Below are positions 50,071-61,552 of a stretch of 64,000 nucleotides of DNA, one piece after another. Made by a program: the position numbers and the translations under genes. The notes beneath the pieces are model-generated. The model did no database searches. It was not told where the DNA came from and saw only the letters and a program-made list of their open reading frames with translations. Source of the DNA: Mobula hypostoma (Eukaryota); assembly GCF_963921235.1 (NCBI RefSeq), contig NC_086097.1:154382001-154446000 (forward strand), in the 5' to 3' direction. The stretch's first letter is position 1. The number at the start of each line of letters is the position of its first letter.

Positions 50071-50698
50071 GGGCCGTGCACAATCCTGATTTGATGGAGA
50101 CAGACATGGGAAGCACAGAGGAACGTCTGGAGAAACCTCTGAAATGCCCGCTTTGCTGCCGCTGCTACTGTGCGATTAAGAATCTCCGGAGGGGAAGGCC
50201 CCAAATCCTCGGCTTTGCCTATTGCCTGTTGCCGGGGCTGGGGTCGAAGCGCTTGGCAGTGATGGTGCTCAGTGCTCGGTGTCAGAGGGCTGGTCGGAGG
50301 CTCGAAGTTTTCGGACGGACTCAAGAGTTGGCTGTGGTCGGGTGCTTTCAGGGTGCTGCATTGGCAAGTTTGCGGCGCTGGAAGCTCATGGCAGGAAGAG
50401 AGTTTTTCTTCCTTCTACCGTCTGCGTGAGATGATGGGACTTTCGAGAGACCTTGAGACCTTTTTTTTACTGTGCCCATGGTCTGTTGTTATCAAATTAC
50501 GGTATTGCATTGCACTGTTGTAACTATATGTTATAATTTTGTGGTCTTTGTCAGTTTTTTAGTCTTGTTTGTCTTGTGTTTCTGTGATATCATTCTGGAG
50601 GAACATTGTACCATATCTTAATGCATGCATTACTAAATGACAATAAAAGAGGACTGTGTGTCCTCATAATCTAATCTAATCTAATCTAATCTAATCTA
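50071..50698 (+). mobile_element. Young non-autonomous retroelement with a (TCTAA)n tail and a 6-bp TSD
   Basis: acatag at 50065-50070 and 50699-50704, retained CpGs, and 3' aataaaagaggactgtgtgtcctc hairpin followed by taatc repeats. Confidence 0.8.
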
Positions 50699-51269
50699 AC
50701 ATAGCCTAGTCCATCACAGGGAAAGCTCTCTTCACCAGTGAGATTACTTATATGGAGTGTTGCCACAAGAAAGCAGCATCCATCATCAAGGATCCCCACC
50801 ACCCAGGCTATGCTCTCTTCTTGCATTGGGTAGGAGGTACAGATGCCTTAGGTCCCACACCACCAGGTTAAGGAACAGTTATTAACCCACGACCATCAGG
50901 CTCCTGAACCAACGTGATTCACCACAACTGATCTGATTCTAAGACCTACAGACTCACTTTCAAAGATTCATTTCAAAGATTCCTTACAAGTCATGTCCGC
51001 AGTATTAATTTTTTATTTGCACAATTTGACTTCTTTTGCATATTGGTTGTCTGTGAATCTTTGCAAATGCTTTCAAAAAATGAATCTCAAGGCAGTGTAT
51101 GGTAATTTTGATAATAAATTTATTTTGAACTTTAAACCCTGTCTGGAAAAGGAATCATTCAAATGAACAGGCATTATTAAGCTAACATGATCTCTCTCTC
51201 TAAACAATTGTTTAATAATTGTTAATCAGACATGGTGATTTCCATGTTCCATTTTGACAGCTATCAGAA

Positions 51270-51500
51270 TTCAACTTCCTTAAATTTCTAAAAGAAATTG
51301 ATTCCAAACACAAGAAGAACATCCTTCAATAGTACCACAGCATTTCTCACTTCCTTTTGAACAGTTTAACATAATTTCTGAAAGACAGAAAGTGTGACAA
51401 CACAAGATTCCCTGAGTGTGTCACTGGTGTGTTGACCTAGCTTATGTGTCCAAATTTTGGATAAGGCTTGAACTACAGCCAAATATTGCCGAAGCTGATT
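51270..51500 (-). mobile_element. Decayed SacSINE1/Deu-like SINE
   Basis: tttaacataatttctgaaagacagaaagtgtgacaa...ccctgagtgtgtcactggtgtgttgacctag resembles, from memory, the reverse complement of the family's 5' half. Confidence 0.45.
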
Positions 51501-52664
51501 GTTTAGTTGTTGCAACATCAGGCCAAATAAATCACTATAGAAACTGTAGTGAAGATTACAATTAGCAAGCAGGCTGACTTGAGCATAGCGTCTTGATTGC
51601 CCACCTCATAAATGCAGCAACATTCACTCAAACAGTCATTTGAGCTAAAGCAAAGCAACTTCTGCATTTCTTTTTTTGGTAGTCAGCTGGAAGTGATAGT
51701 TATCGCAATCCTCTAAAGGTTTGCACCTCACAGCACAGTTTTAACACTATGTTGTTCCCGATGGATTAATTGATTTATGCAGTGCCGGTAACAATAGCAT
51801 TGCGTCAGTGATCTAACATTGCTACAGCGAAACATCAGAGATGCCAGTGCACTATTCCCATCAGGTTCAGAATAGCAGGTGAAATCCACTCAGTGTCACA
51901 TGTGCCATAAATTCACAACAGAAAACAGAATGATGACATTTATTTTAAAGTTCTTCATGAAAGTAATACAATCTGGCCTCAGAGGAACTTATGCAGACTA
52001 TCAAAATTTTACTCATATTCAATTTTATCCTAAGTAGACTACCAAGTATTTCTAAATGATATCGTAAAGCACATTCTAATTTCACAGCAGAAAGTTCTTA
52101 CACAACCACTTATAGTTATGCACGCTTATTTTGGTCAGCTGCCAGCAGTAACATTCGTATTGAGATCCACCCCATCCCACACGAGCATCTTCTGACATCC
52201 TTCTTGGCATGTCAAATAGAAATGCTTCTGGTTCTGGTCATATTGATGTAATTTAAATGTATAGCTAATATTCAGTAAAGCACACTAACTTCCTGACTTT
52301 CCTATCCACCATCTCACTATCCCCGCACTACAACCTCCCTTTCCAATTTTCTCTCATTTCCTACCATCCCCACTGAAAAGCAATGAGCTGTGTTCCAAAT
52401 AAAGTTCCACAGCTGACAGCAGCTCTCTTATATCTCTTATATTTTATATAATTGATCATCTATTATTGTGAACCTAATTTTTTTTTAAATCATTGAGTTA
52501 CAGCTGAACTTAATTTTGATCTGACCCAGATTCTTTTATAAAGGGGTCACTGGATCTTACTTCCCACCTCAATGTGAGTCCCCAGAACACTTACAGGCCA
52601 TCCAGTGAGTCTGCTGTCATTCATTAAAAATCATGGTTAATCTTCTGCCTCAATGCCAGTTCCA

Positions 52665-53260
52665 AGGTTGTCAAGCCAAGGGGTGGTAGTGGGGACAAGC
52701 TTCCACTACCTAAAAGTGCTCCTCATGGCATGCGCCTCAAGTAGCCTCTGACAACCAAGTCCAACTCCTGGCCTTCTCATGTGGCTTAGCCTCTAAGCCT
52801 GGAGGAACCGTTTCTACTGACAGGAGAAGGGGTGAAGGCGGGGCCTGGCACCTTAAAACCAGTGCTCCGGGTAGATGGAGCTCGTCAGCCTGGGAAGGCA
52901 GTCCATCTAAGAGAGGGAGAACTCTGATTTCAAACCTCTGCTGCCTTGCAGCCATACCCACTCATGGAAAAGGCTTCGGGAGTAAACCCTGAGGACAAAT
53001 GCGGAACTGGAGTCCCTAAGGCAGTCCGACGTTGTCTTCAACCTCACTCTGGCAACTCCTGCAACGACACTGGTGCCAAGCTGCATCGGCCCTTGCCCTT
53101 CCCTTGGACAACATCGGTGTCATGGAGAGGGGAGACTTGCTGTATGAGCAACTGCCGGTCTTCCATACAACCTTGCCCAGGCCTGCGCCCTGGAGAGGAC
53201 ACTCCAAAGACTTTCCAGGCGCAGATCCATGGTCTCGCGTGACTAACAGATGCCACCAGT
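52665..53260 (+). mobile_element. RTE-derived non-autonomous element (5' UTR joined to 3' end)
   Basis: RTE-type 5' UTR motif ggcagtccatctaagagagggagaactctgatttcaaacc and 3' end gcagatccatggtctcgcgtgactaacagatgcc, with no RT ORF. Confidence 0.55.
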
Positions 53261-53299
53261 GCCAGTTTCCAGTGCTCTCTACAAGTTCTTGATTCCTCA

Positions 53300-53915
53300 A
53301 TATCCAGAAAACTATCCATCTTTTTCATAATGAACACAAAATCTCAGCTTCCACAGTCATCTAGAGTACAGAATTCTGAAGGTTCACAAGCCTCAGATTT
53401 TCCCTTAATATCTGTCCTAAGTGGTCCATCCCTTATTCTGAAAATGGTCCTCGACTTCTAAACCAGAGGAAGCAACCTACCTGTATCTTGAATGCAAAGC
53501 TCTTCAAAAAATTGAATCTTTCAACATGATCTCTTGTCCTTCTTTTAGACTCTAGAGCAGTCCAGCTATTAGTAATGGCGATCTTTGCTACATTTTTTTC
53601 GATGGTAATTATGTCCCTTCATAGGTAAGGAGATTAAATTTACAGTCAGTGCCATGTGTAGTCTCAATAAGGCCCTACGGAACTGCAATAAGAATTCCTT
53701 TATCCTCTAAATAAAAATTCTCATGGCATACCATTTGCATTCCCAATCATTTGCTGTGCCTGCATGTTGGTTTTGAGCAATTTCAGAAACAGCTAAGTTC
53801 CTTTGAACAACAACACCTCTCATCATTAAGCAAATACTCTGCTTTTCTGTTTTATGCACCAAATTGTATGTACTCGGGCTTTCCCATATTTTATCTGCTA
53901 CATTCTCAGTCACTC
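53300..53915 (-). mobile_element. Heavily decayed CR1 3' fragment
   Basis: Reverse complement of LY.ALVR.HL and K.ANGML motifs (gtctcaataaggccctac; ggcataccatttgcattc). Confidence 0.65.
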
Positions 53916-53989
53916 ATTTAGAAACTTGAAAAAATGATATATCGCTGTACAGCACTTCATTAATCTGTCCTATTGTCCATAATATCAGA

Positions 53990-54365
53990 TGTAGCTCAGT
54001 AATAATACTTGGTTCCAAGTCAGGGACTGTGAGCTCAAATTCTACTCCCAAAAAAAGCAGCACAAAATCTAGTCTAATATGCTGAACAAGTACTGTGGCA
54101 ATACTGTATTATATGATGTCCTGTAAACAAAAATCCTACTGCATTTAGTGAAAAGGTGGAAGTACTTCCAGGAGAATTTGTGCTCAACAGTATCAATAAA
54201 ATAGATGTTCTGATCTTTGATGTCATTGTTGTTTGTGGATGCATGGTGTATGTAAATTGCTTGATATATTTTCGATATTACAATGATGACCACAATTAAA
54301 AAAGTGTTCAATTGCTCAAAAATTGCAATGGGATCATAAAAAGTACTGAATAAATCCAAGTGTTT
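53990..54365 (+). mobile_element. Decayed SacSINE1/Deu-like SINE
   Basis: gtagctcagt head, agcacaaaatctag, cattgttgtttgtgga...aaattg, attacaatgatgaccaca...aaaagt and terminal ataaatccaagt. Confidence 0.55.
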
Positions 54366-54821
54366 CTTTCCCTAATTACAATTAAATTGCTTGATATAAA
54401 TCAGAATACAGTTTTAAAAATATTTTTTATAAATTGTAGATTCACTATTTATGAACATGATAGCTTGGTGAAATATTCATGTTCAGCTCACTTTATTCAT
54501 TTCTCTAAAATATATTCACACATCAAACAAATTAACTCAAATTAATTAAGTCCTGATGAAGGGTTTCAGCTTCAAATGTCGACTGCTTATTCATCTCCAT
54601 AGATGCTGCCTGATCCACCGAGCCCATTCAGAATTTGGTCTGTATTGCAAATTTATTTCTACCAAATCAATATTGTTTTCTTAGGTTTATACCAAAATAT
54701 TATTTGGATCCCTGTGGCAGATGTCTTTCAAGGTAGACAGTCAGAATTTCAAAATGATTGGCGTAGGAAGTTTCTTAAATCCACTGAAACTGTATAATGT
54801 AATCTGCAGTTACAATTGTCA

Positions 54822-55367
54822 ACAGTTTTGGGCCCCATATCTCAGAAAAATGTGTTGTCATTGGAGAGAGTCCAAAAGAGGTTCACGAGGATGATTCCAG
54901 GAATGTAGGGATTAACATATCAGGAGTGTGCGGCAGCTTTGGGCCTGTACTCACTGGAATTTAGAAGAAAGCAGGGGGATCTCATTGAAATCTACTGAAT
55001 GGTGAAAGGATAGATAGGGTGGATGTGGAAAGGATACTTCCTATAGTGGGGAAATCCAGAACTAGAGGACAGAGGCTCAAAACTGAGAGGCAATTTTTAG
55101 AACGGAGGTAAGGAGGAATTATTTTTAGCCAGAGAGTCGTGAATCTGAGGAATACTCTGCCATAGACTGTGGTGGAGGCCAAATCCATGTGTATATTTAA
55201 GGCGGAAGTTGATTGTTTCCTTATTGGTCAGAGCATCAAAGGATATGGTGATAAGGAAAGTGGATGGGGTTGAAGGGGATCTAGGATCAGCAATGATAGA
55301 ATAGCAGAGAAGACTCGATGGACTGAATGGCCTAATTCTGCTTTTATGCCTTATGGTCTTATGGTCT
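54822..55367 (+). mobile_element. CR1 3' fragment
   Basis: cagttttgggccccatatct...gaggttcacgaggatgattccaggaatg, with tail cttatggtcttatggtct. Confidence 0.9.
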
Positions 55368-56239
55368 ACAATTATACAACTTCCTGTTCCAAATCGAGTT
55401 GCAACTGGTAGATGTAATTTGAGATAATACTGTTCATTAAAAAGGTTAAATCATCTACTAATTTAAATTAAGCAACAGAATAGTAACGCAATCTAAAATT
55501 TCCCAAAATAATAAAGTTATCAGAATATTTGAATTAATAGCAGCTGGCATGATAGAAAACTTAGTTAAACCATTCACTGTCGCTGTCTTGCTAATCAGCA
55601 GTGCTCATGGTCGGACTAAATTAAGGTACTGAATAGTGTTGCATAAAAGAAACAGATTGTATAACATTGAACGTCTATTGGCACAGCTCAAATTTTTCCA
55701 ACAAAATGATCAAAATCATTGCATAAATTAAAACTTGTAATACCATTGCTTGAACTGAGTAGGGTTGCTAAACTTGTAGTTCATAAGTCAGTCTTGATAC
55801 AGATTGGTATTCTGGTCTGAATGCCCTGAGTGGCAAAAAAAAAGGGAAATGGGTACTTTTCTTGTTATCTATATGCAGAATTGTATTTGCCAATATATAA
55901 TTCAAAAGACACCGTGTTGTTTGTGGACACATCCTGAAGGCAACATTGAGTGTAGCCGTATCAAGATATGATAAAACACTGGATGTGCAAATGTTCTACC
56001 TGTTGCAAAGCATATGTCTAACCTTGTTGACATGCAATGCTCCACTCAATTGGATCATTTGTAGAAAAGTTTATTCAGAGGACTACCTCTGACCACAAGT
56101 CAATCAGTGATCTGCACAGAATATCCTCAAGTCTTTGCAGTTAAGAACAACTGTGGTGTGCACATACAAACATACACATTCTCAGAAATGCAAATTAAAA
56201 CATACATAAACTGTTAATGGTAGGTTATCACCTTGGCCA

Positions 56240-56575
56240 GAACAGTGACATAACAGGTAGTGCTGCTGCTGTGTAGCTCCAGTGACCTGTGTTCAACCAT
56301 GACCATGAGTTCCTCTTAATGGAGTTTGTATGTTCTCCCTGCAATAGCATGGGTTTCTTCCATGTGCCCCAGATCCACATCCCACATCCCACAGATCTTC
56401 ACATCACTTAAGTGTCTACTCTGAATTGTCCCTATAGATGGAAGTGGGTGGCAGAAGAAGTTTGTGGTGATGGGTAGAATAGGTCAAATTGGTGGGAAAA
56501 TGGGACAGGTTGAAATTTTTAATGAGTAAAGTATATGTTGAGTGGAGAAGGCCGTTCAACCTCAAATTTATATCA
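56240..56575 (+). mobile_element. Decayed HE1/V-SINE-type SINE
   Basis: ggagtttgtatgttctccctgcaatagcatgggtttc...cccacatcccacag. Confidence 0.7.
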
Positions 56576-56589
56576 GAAAATCTAAAATA

Positions 56590-57125
56590 TATGGTGTGTA
56601 CATGCAAACATACACATATACACAGATGTGTGAGTACACTAATACATAGATCCTGTACTGACTGATCACTGTAACATCTAAACATGCCTATCCACATACC
56701 CATATTTATTTATCTATATGCATGTGTTATTATGTTTACATGTATAAATATATGATGTTGTGCATATGCATGTATACAGGACCAGATATGTGGACAAATA
56801 TATGAAGATGAGGACTTACATCACCAAGGCATAGAAGACTACCATCCAAGTGTGGTGAACTGATTATTATAGATAGGTATTTCACTGACTTCATGGGCAT
56901 AATGGACTAAAAGGCTGGTTTCTCTGCTGTATGACTCTACAGCACATGCATACACTGGTAGGTGATGCATAAAGTTATGCACACATACATACATGTCCAA
57001 ATTTGGACATATGCAAATGTACATACAAAATACATGAATGCATAGATATACATGTATATATGCACTGTATACACACAAACTCAAATGTATCACATAAACA
57101 AAATTAACATCCATATAATCATGCA
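56590..57125. repeat. Degenerate (CA/TA/TG) alternating low-complexity region
   Basis: Runs such as catacacatatacacag and atatacatgtatatatgcactgtatacacac. Confidence 0.7.
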
Positions 57126-57514
57126 CACGAATAGAATTTGAGGTTAAGTTTGAGCAATCATGGGCCAATGAATTCGGAGTGATGTAGCTACGATCAAAAG
57201 GGACACCGCTATGTATTAAAGGCCCGATCTGATTCACAGTACGTGGTCTGAATAATATCAATGGCATAATGATGCCATGAATATATTGACTACATGTGGA
57301 ACCCTCGTCTTTCCGTAAATCTCAAAAGAGAAAAAAATGAAAGATAATGAATCACCCTCTAACTGACCCCTATTAATTATTTGTATATAATATAAAGCTT
57401 TAACTGGTTGTATTTACAGTTTAATTCGTCCTTCACCCGGATTTTTCTTAAAACAATATGCAACCTATAAAGCCAGACACGTTCATTTCAGAACTTTCCA
57501 AAAAAACCCAGATC

Positions 57515-58283
57515 TGGCCGCAATGAAACATGACTTTAACAAAACTGCGTCGAAGACTTGTTTCACACTCGCCGCCCCCTTCGGGTTCTGATGTTTTTGC
57601 GCCTGTCACCGTTCCGGTGAGCTGCAGAGACGCGCACTAAAGAGGGTTAAACGCAGAAGACAAGCTGCATTATAGTATTGTGCTACCTCCTTCGCTCGGT
57701 GCTCAGTGCGGTGACACCGTAGCCTCCCCGTCGCTCCTGGTGTAACACTTCAATCCGCAGCGTAAAAATCATCGCCACCGGCTGAGTCGCTCTCACATCG
57801 GATGCGTTTACTCCAGCACCCAGCGCAAAATGAATGGATCGATTTCATTGAAATATGTATTCGAAAAAGCCCGAAAATATGAGGCAATCTAGCCTACATG
57901 TTTCATAAAGTGAAAAGTCCATTCATTGATCTCTACGATTCCACGTTGCGTTAACATGTAATAGACATTTTTCTTTAAACACGTGGCAGGTATTAGACAT
58001 TCACATGTATACACATAAGCACCTTGTTATATGTATCTGTCTACTACTATATGCAGTTATACGTATATACACATATTGAACATATACATAACAATCACTA
58101 TCTCCTACCTGTTTTCCGAGATCTGCAGATTCTCCCCTTCCAGACGGAAGATCGTCCTTCTTGATTTTTTTTCTGTTATTTGATTAATTCCCCTGTTCCC
58201 ATGTTTGCCCAATTATAAATGGATTGTTGGAATTTATTACATGCCCGTCCCCTCCAGGAGACTCGTTGTGTTCCTTGCAGCTA

Positions 58284-58329
<46 letters not shown>

Positions 58330-58535
58330 CCCTCTCTCTCTCTTGGTACAGAATTGTTGTGAAGGAAATTTCTTCTGGGCTGCTGACGTCACGTCAGTCA
58401 CAGCAACAACTAAAACCCAGCAACGAAAAGTAATGAGAAAGTGAAGAGACGCGCGGCCAACTGCATTAGAACCCGGAGTTCCAGTCGTCTGTTTCTGCCG
58501 ACCGTTCGCACATGGAGTGGGTGGCCAAGCGCGTG
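57515..58535 (-). promoter_or_regulatory. Putative CpG-rich promoter and first exon region of an unidentified host gene
   Basis: CpG clusters at about 57515-57870 and 58380-58535 in otherwise CpG-poor non-repeat DNA. Palindromic CRE TGACGTCA at 58385-58392 overlaps a further half-site. A minus-strand donor CAG|GTAGGA lies at 58109/58108. Confidence 0.5.
58287..58342. repeat. (CT)n/(GA)n microsatellite
   Basis: About 20 perfect CT units followed by an imperfect extension. Confidence 0.98.
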
Positions 58536-58699
58536 TGGTTTCTGAGCAACAGCTCACAACACCATCACTAGCCAAAATATTACAAGTGGTGAAGCACAAT
58601 GCGAGAGGAAGAGATTAGAACCGAAAGGCTGACTTTTCCACAGGTCCTCATTGAGATGAGCAAAGGTGGCCAGAGTGAGCAAACTTTTAACAGAGCACC

Positions 58700-59110
58700 G
58701 ATCTACTGGATGGAGGAACTCAGCAGGTCAAGCAGCATCCGTGGGAGGAGAGGAGCTGTCGATGTTTCAGGTCACGACCCAGTGTGAGGACTTGAGAGTC
58801 TCACTCTCTCCTCCCACCGATGCTGCTTAACATGCTGAGTTGCTCCAGCAAAGTGGAGACACATGAGAGTGCAGTTGCTGGAATCTGAAACAACTGACAA
58901 AACATTGGAGGAAGTCAGCTGGTGGAGCAGCATCTCTAGGAGGAGAGAGGGAGATTCTCTTCATTCCATCTTTTAGGTCTTGAACTGCAATTTCGACTGT
59001 CCATTGTCCTTCTATAGTTGCTGCCTGGTCTGCTGAGTTCCTCCAGTGTTTTGTGTGGAGATTCCGCCAGCAGATTGTTGCTCCAGATTCTAGCATCTAC
59101 AGTTTGTGTC
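58700..59110. mobile_element. Cluster of Penelope-derived termini in alternating orientation
   Basis: tggaggaactcagcaggtcaagcagcatc and its reverse complement (gctgcctggtctgctgagttcctccag) each occur twice. Confidence 0.75.
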
Positions 59111-59154
59111 ATCCTTTCCGCAGAGATGTTGCTAACATTGAACCGCCAGCTCAT

Positions 59155-61225
59155 GGACCCAATACAGAATACAGAGGAGGTGGTGCTGGCTGCCTTGAAG
59201 CAAATGAGAGTGGATAAATCCCCAGGGCCTGACAAGGTGTTCCTTCAGACCCCGTGGGAGGCTAGTGCAGAAATTGCAGGGGACCTAGCAGAGACATTTA
59301 AAACATCTTTAGTGTGTTGCTGGAGGATTGGAGGATTGCTGATGTTGTTCCATTGTTTCAAAGATCGAAGTTCAAAGTCAATTGATTACCAAAGTACATA
59401 CTGTATATGTCACCATATGCAACACTGAGAATAATTTTCTTGTGGGCATACTCAATAAACCTTTAGAATAATAACCCATAACAGAATTAATGAAGACTTT
59501 TTGAAAGTGAGTCCATTGGTTGAGGAAACATTTCAATGGTGGGGCAAGTGAAGTTTCAAGAGCCTGATGGTTGAGAGTTAGTAACTGTTCCTGAACCTGT
59601 GGTGTGAGTCCTAAGGCTCCTATACCTTCTTCCTGATGGCAGCAGCAAGAAGAAAGCATGTCCTGGGTGATGGGGGTCCCTGATGATGGATGCTGCTTTC
59701 CTGCAACAACACTTTGTGTAGATGTGCTCAGTGGTGGAGAGGTCTTTACCAGTAATTGACTCAGCCCCAAGAATAAGCCAGGAAATTATAAGCCAGTGAA
59801 CATGATATCAATAGTGGGAAGGTTATTGAAAGGTATTCTAAGGGACTGAAAATATAACTATTTAAATAGACAGGGACTGATTAGGGATAGTCAACATGGC
59901 TTTGTGCATGGTAAATCATGTGTAACTAATCTTATAGAGTTTTTCAAGAAAGTTACCAGGAAAGTTGATGAAGGCAAGGCAGTGGTTATTGTCTACATGG
60001 ACTCTGGCAAAGCCTTTGACAAGTTCCCGCAAGGGATGTTGTTATGAAGGTTCAGTAACTTGACATTCAAGATGAGGTAGTAAATTGGATTAGACATTGC
60101 CTTTGTGACAGAAGCCAGATAATGATAGTAGAAGGTTGCCTCACTGACTGGAGGCCCATGACTTGTAGTGTGCTGCAGGGATCAGTGCTGCATTAAACTG
60201 GATAAACTGGATCAGCAAATTTGCTGATGACTCAAAGATCGGGGCTGTAGTTAATAACAAGGAAGCCTATCAAAGCTTGCAGCGGAATCTGAACCAGCTG
60301 GAAAAATGGGCTGTAAAGTGGCAGATAGAACTTAATGCAAACAAGTATGAAGTGCTGTACTTTGGGAGGACTAACCAGGGTTGGTCTTACAGGGCTAGCG
60401 GTAGGGCACTGAAGAGCGTGGTAGAATAGAGGAATCTGTGAAGATAAAGTTGGAATTCAATTGTAAACAAGGTGGGACAGTGGAAACCTGATTGGATGAG
60501 GACTAGCCAATCCAGAGGGATGGATCACGGGGGTATATGTACTACCAAACTAGACATGCCTAGGCAGCATCCCTGATGAAGATGGAAGAGTTTGTCTTGA
60601 ACTTCTAGTTAAAATTGATGCCTGTATCCAGCCAGAAGCACCAAGAAGAGTTATTTGTAATATACACCAGGAAAGCACTAGATCCTTTTTTCATATTGAT
60701 GAGTCTTAATTTGGAGTATTGTGTCCAATTTTCGTCACCTACCTACAGGAAAGTTGTAAATAAGATTGAAAGTGTGCAGAGAAAATTTTAAAGGACTTGA
60801 GGACCTGAGTTATAGGGAAAGGTTAAATTGGTTAGGATTTTATTCCCTAGGATGTAGAAGATTGAGGGGAGATTTAAAGGAAAATTATGAGGAGTATTTA
60901 TAAGATAAATGTAAGCAGGCTTTTTCCACTGAGGTTGGGTGAGATAATGTACAACAAGAGGTCATGGATTAAGGGTGAAAGGTGATATGTTTAGGGGGAA
61001 CATCAGTGAGAACTTTAGCACTCAGATGATGATGAGAGTGTGGAACGAGCTACCAAGGTAAATGGTGGATAGAGTGTTGATTTCAACATCTAAGAGAAGT
61101 ATAGATGGGACGGATATGGAGAGCTATGTGCAGATCAATGGGATTTGGCAGATTAATAGTTCTGCATGGATTGGATGGATCAAGGTGCCTGTTTCTGTGT
61201 TATAGTGTTCTATGATTCTATGACC
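59155..61225 (+). mobile_element. Decayed CR1 with nested Rex1-type pieces (about 59365-59765) and a Penelope terminal repeat (about 60445-60695)
   Basis: EEVVLAALKQMRVDKSPGPD, gatagtcaacatggctttgtg and aaatttgctgatgac, with tail ttctatgattctatga. Confidence 0.85.
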
Positions 61226-61552
61226 AATGTTACTTAGATTATCTGATTATTTATTACCACTGATATTTGGACATGTGAAAACCTTCTTTTCTGCAGAACT
61301 GCTTCTGCTTCTTTGGTTTTAAAGTGCCTTTGAATGCCTTGAGGTCACATAAAATGTTGTAAATAAAACTTTCTTCTGATAAATTTTGATCAGAAAATAT
61401 GAAAATACTTCAAAATTTCGTGAAAAAATGCGTATGTCAAGTATATACAAGTTGAAACAAGCAAGATGACTGCCTTGTGAATTTGGGAAACGTTAAACAA
61501 TCTGTCAGTGGTCACTCGTAACCCAACCTGGATTTCACCAGGCTGTCAAAGT

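Larger units (their letters stand above)
46135..51133 (+). mobile_element. Rex1/Babar LINE in three pieces (46135-46525, 49212-50070, 50699-51133), split by a CR1 and a non-autonomous element
   Basis: RVNPWKAPGPDDVP..VLK.CA.QLA, LDPLQFAY...LFIDYISAFNTI and DPHHPG, ending tttgataataaatttattttgaacttt. Confidence 0.9.

Noticed and set aside
49989..50523. Cluster of ORFs including a CPLCCRCYC motif
   Set aside because: The frames span the Rex1/insert junction of a GC-rich non-autonomous element, and there is no coherent domain.
56839..57267. 142-aa minus-strand ORF near the putative promoter
   Set aside because: Largely translated low-complexity TA/CA sequence (V, Y, C, H, I rich) with no domain.
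57255..57290. Hairpin atggcat-aatg-atgccat as a possible miRNA precursor
   Set aside because: The stem is too short and imperfect for a pre-miRNA.
58205..58599. ORFs with SLSLSL or ERERER runs
   Set aside because: Products of the (CT)n microsatellite.
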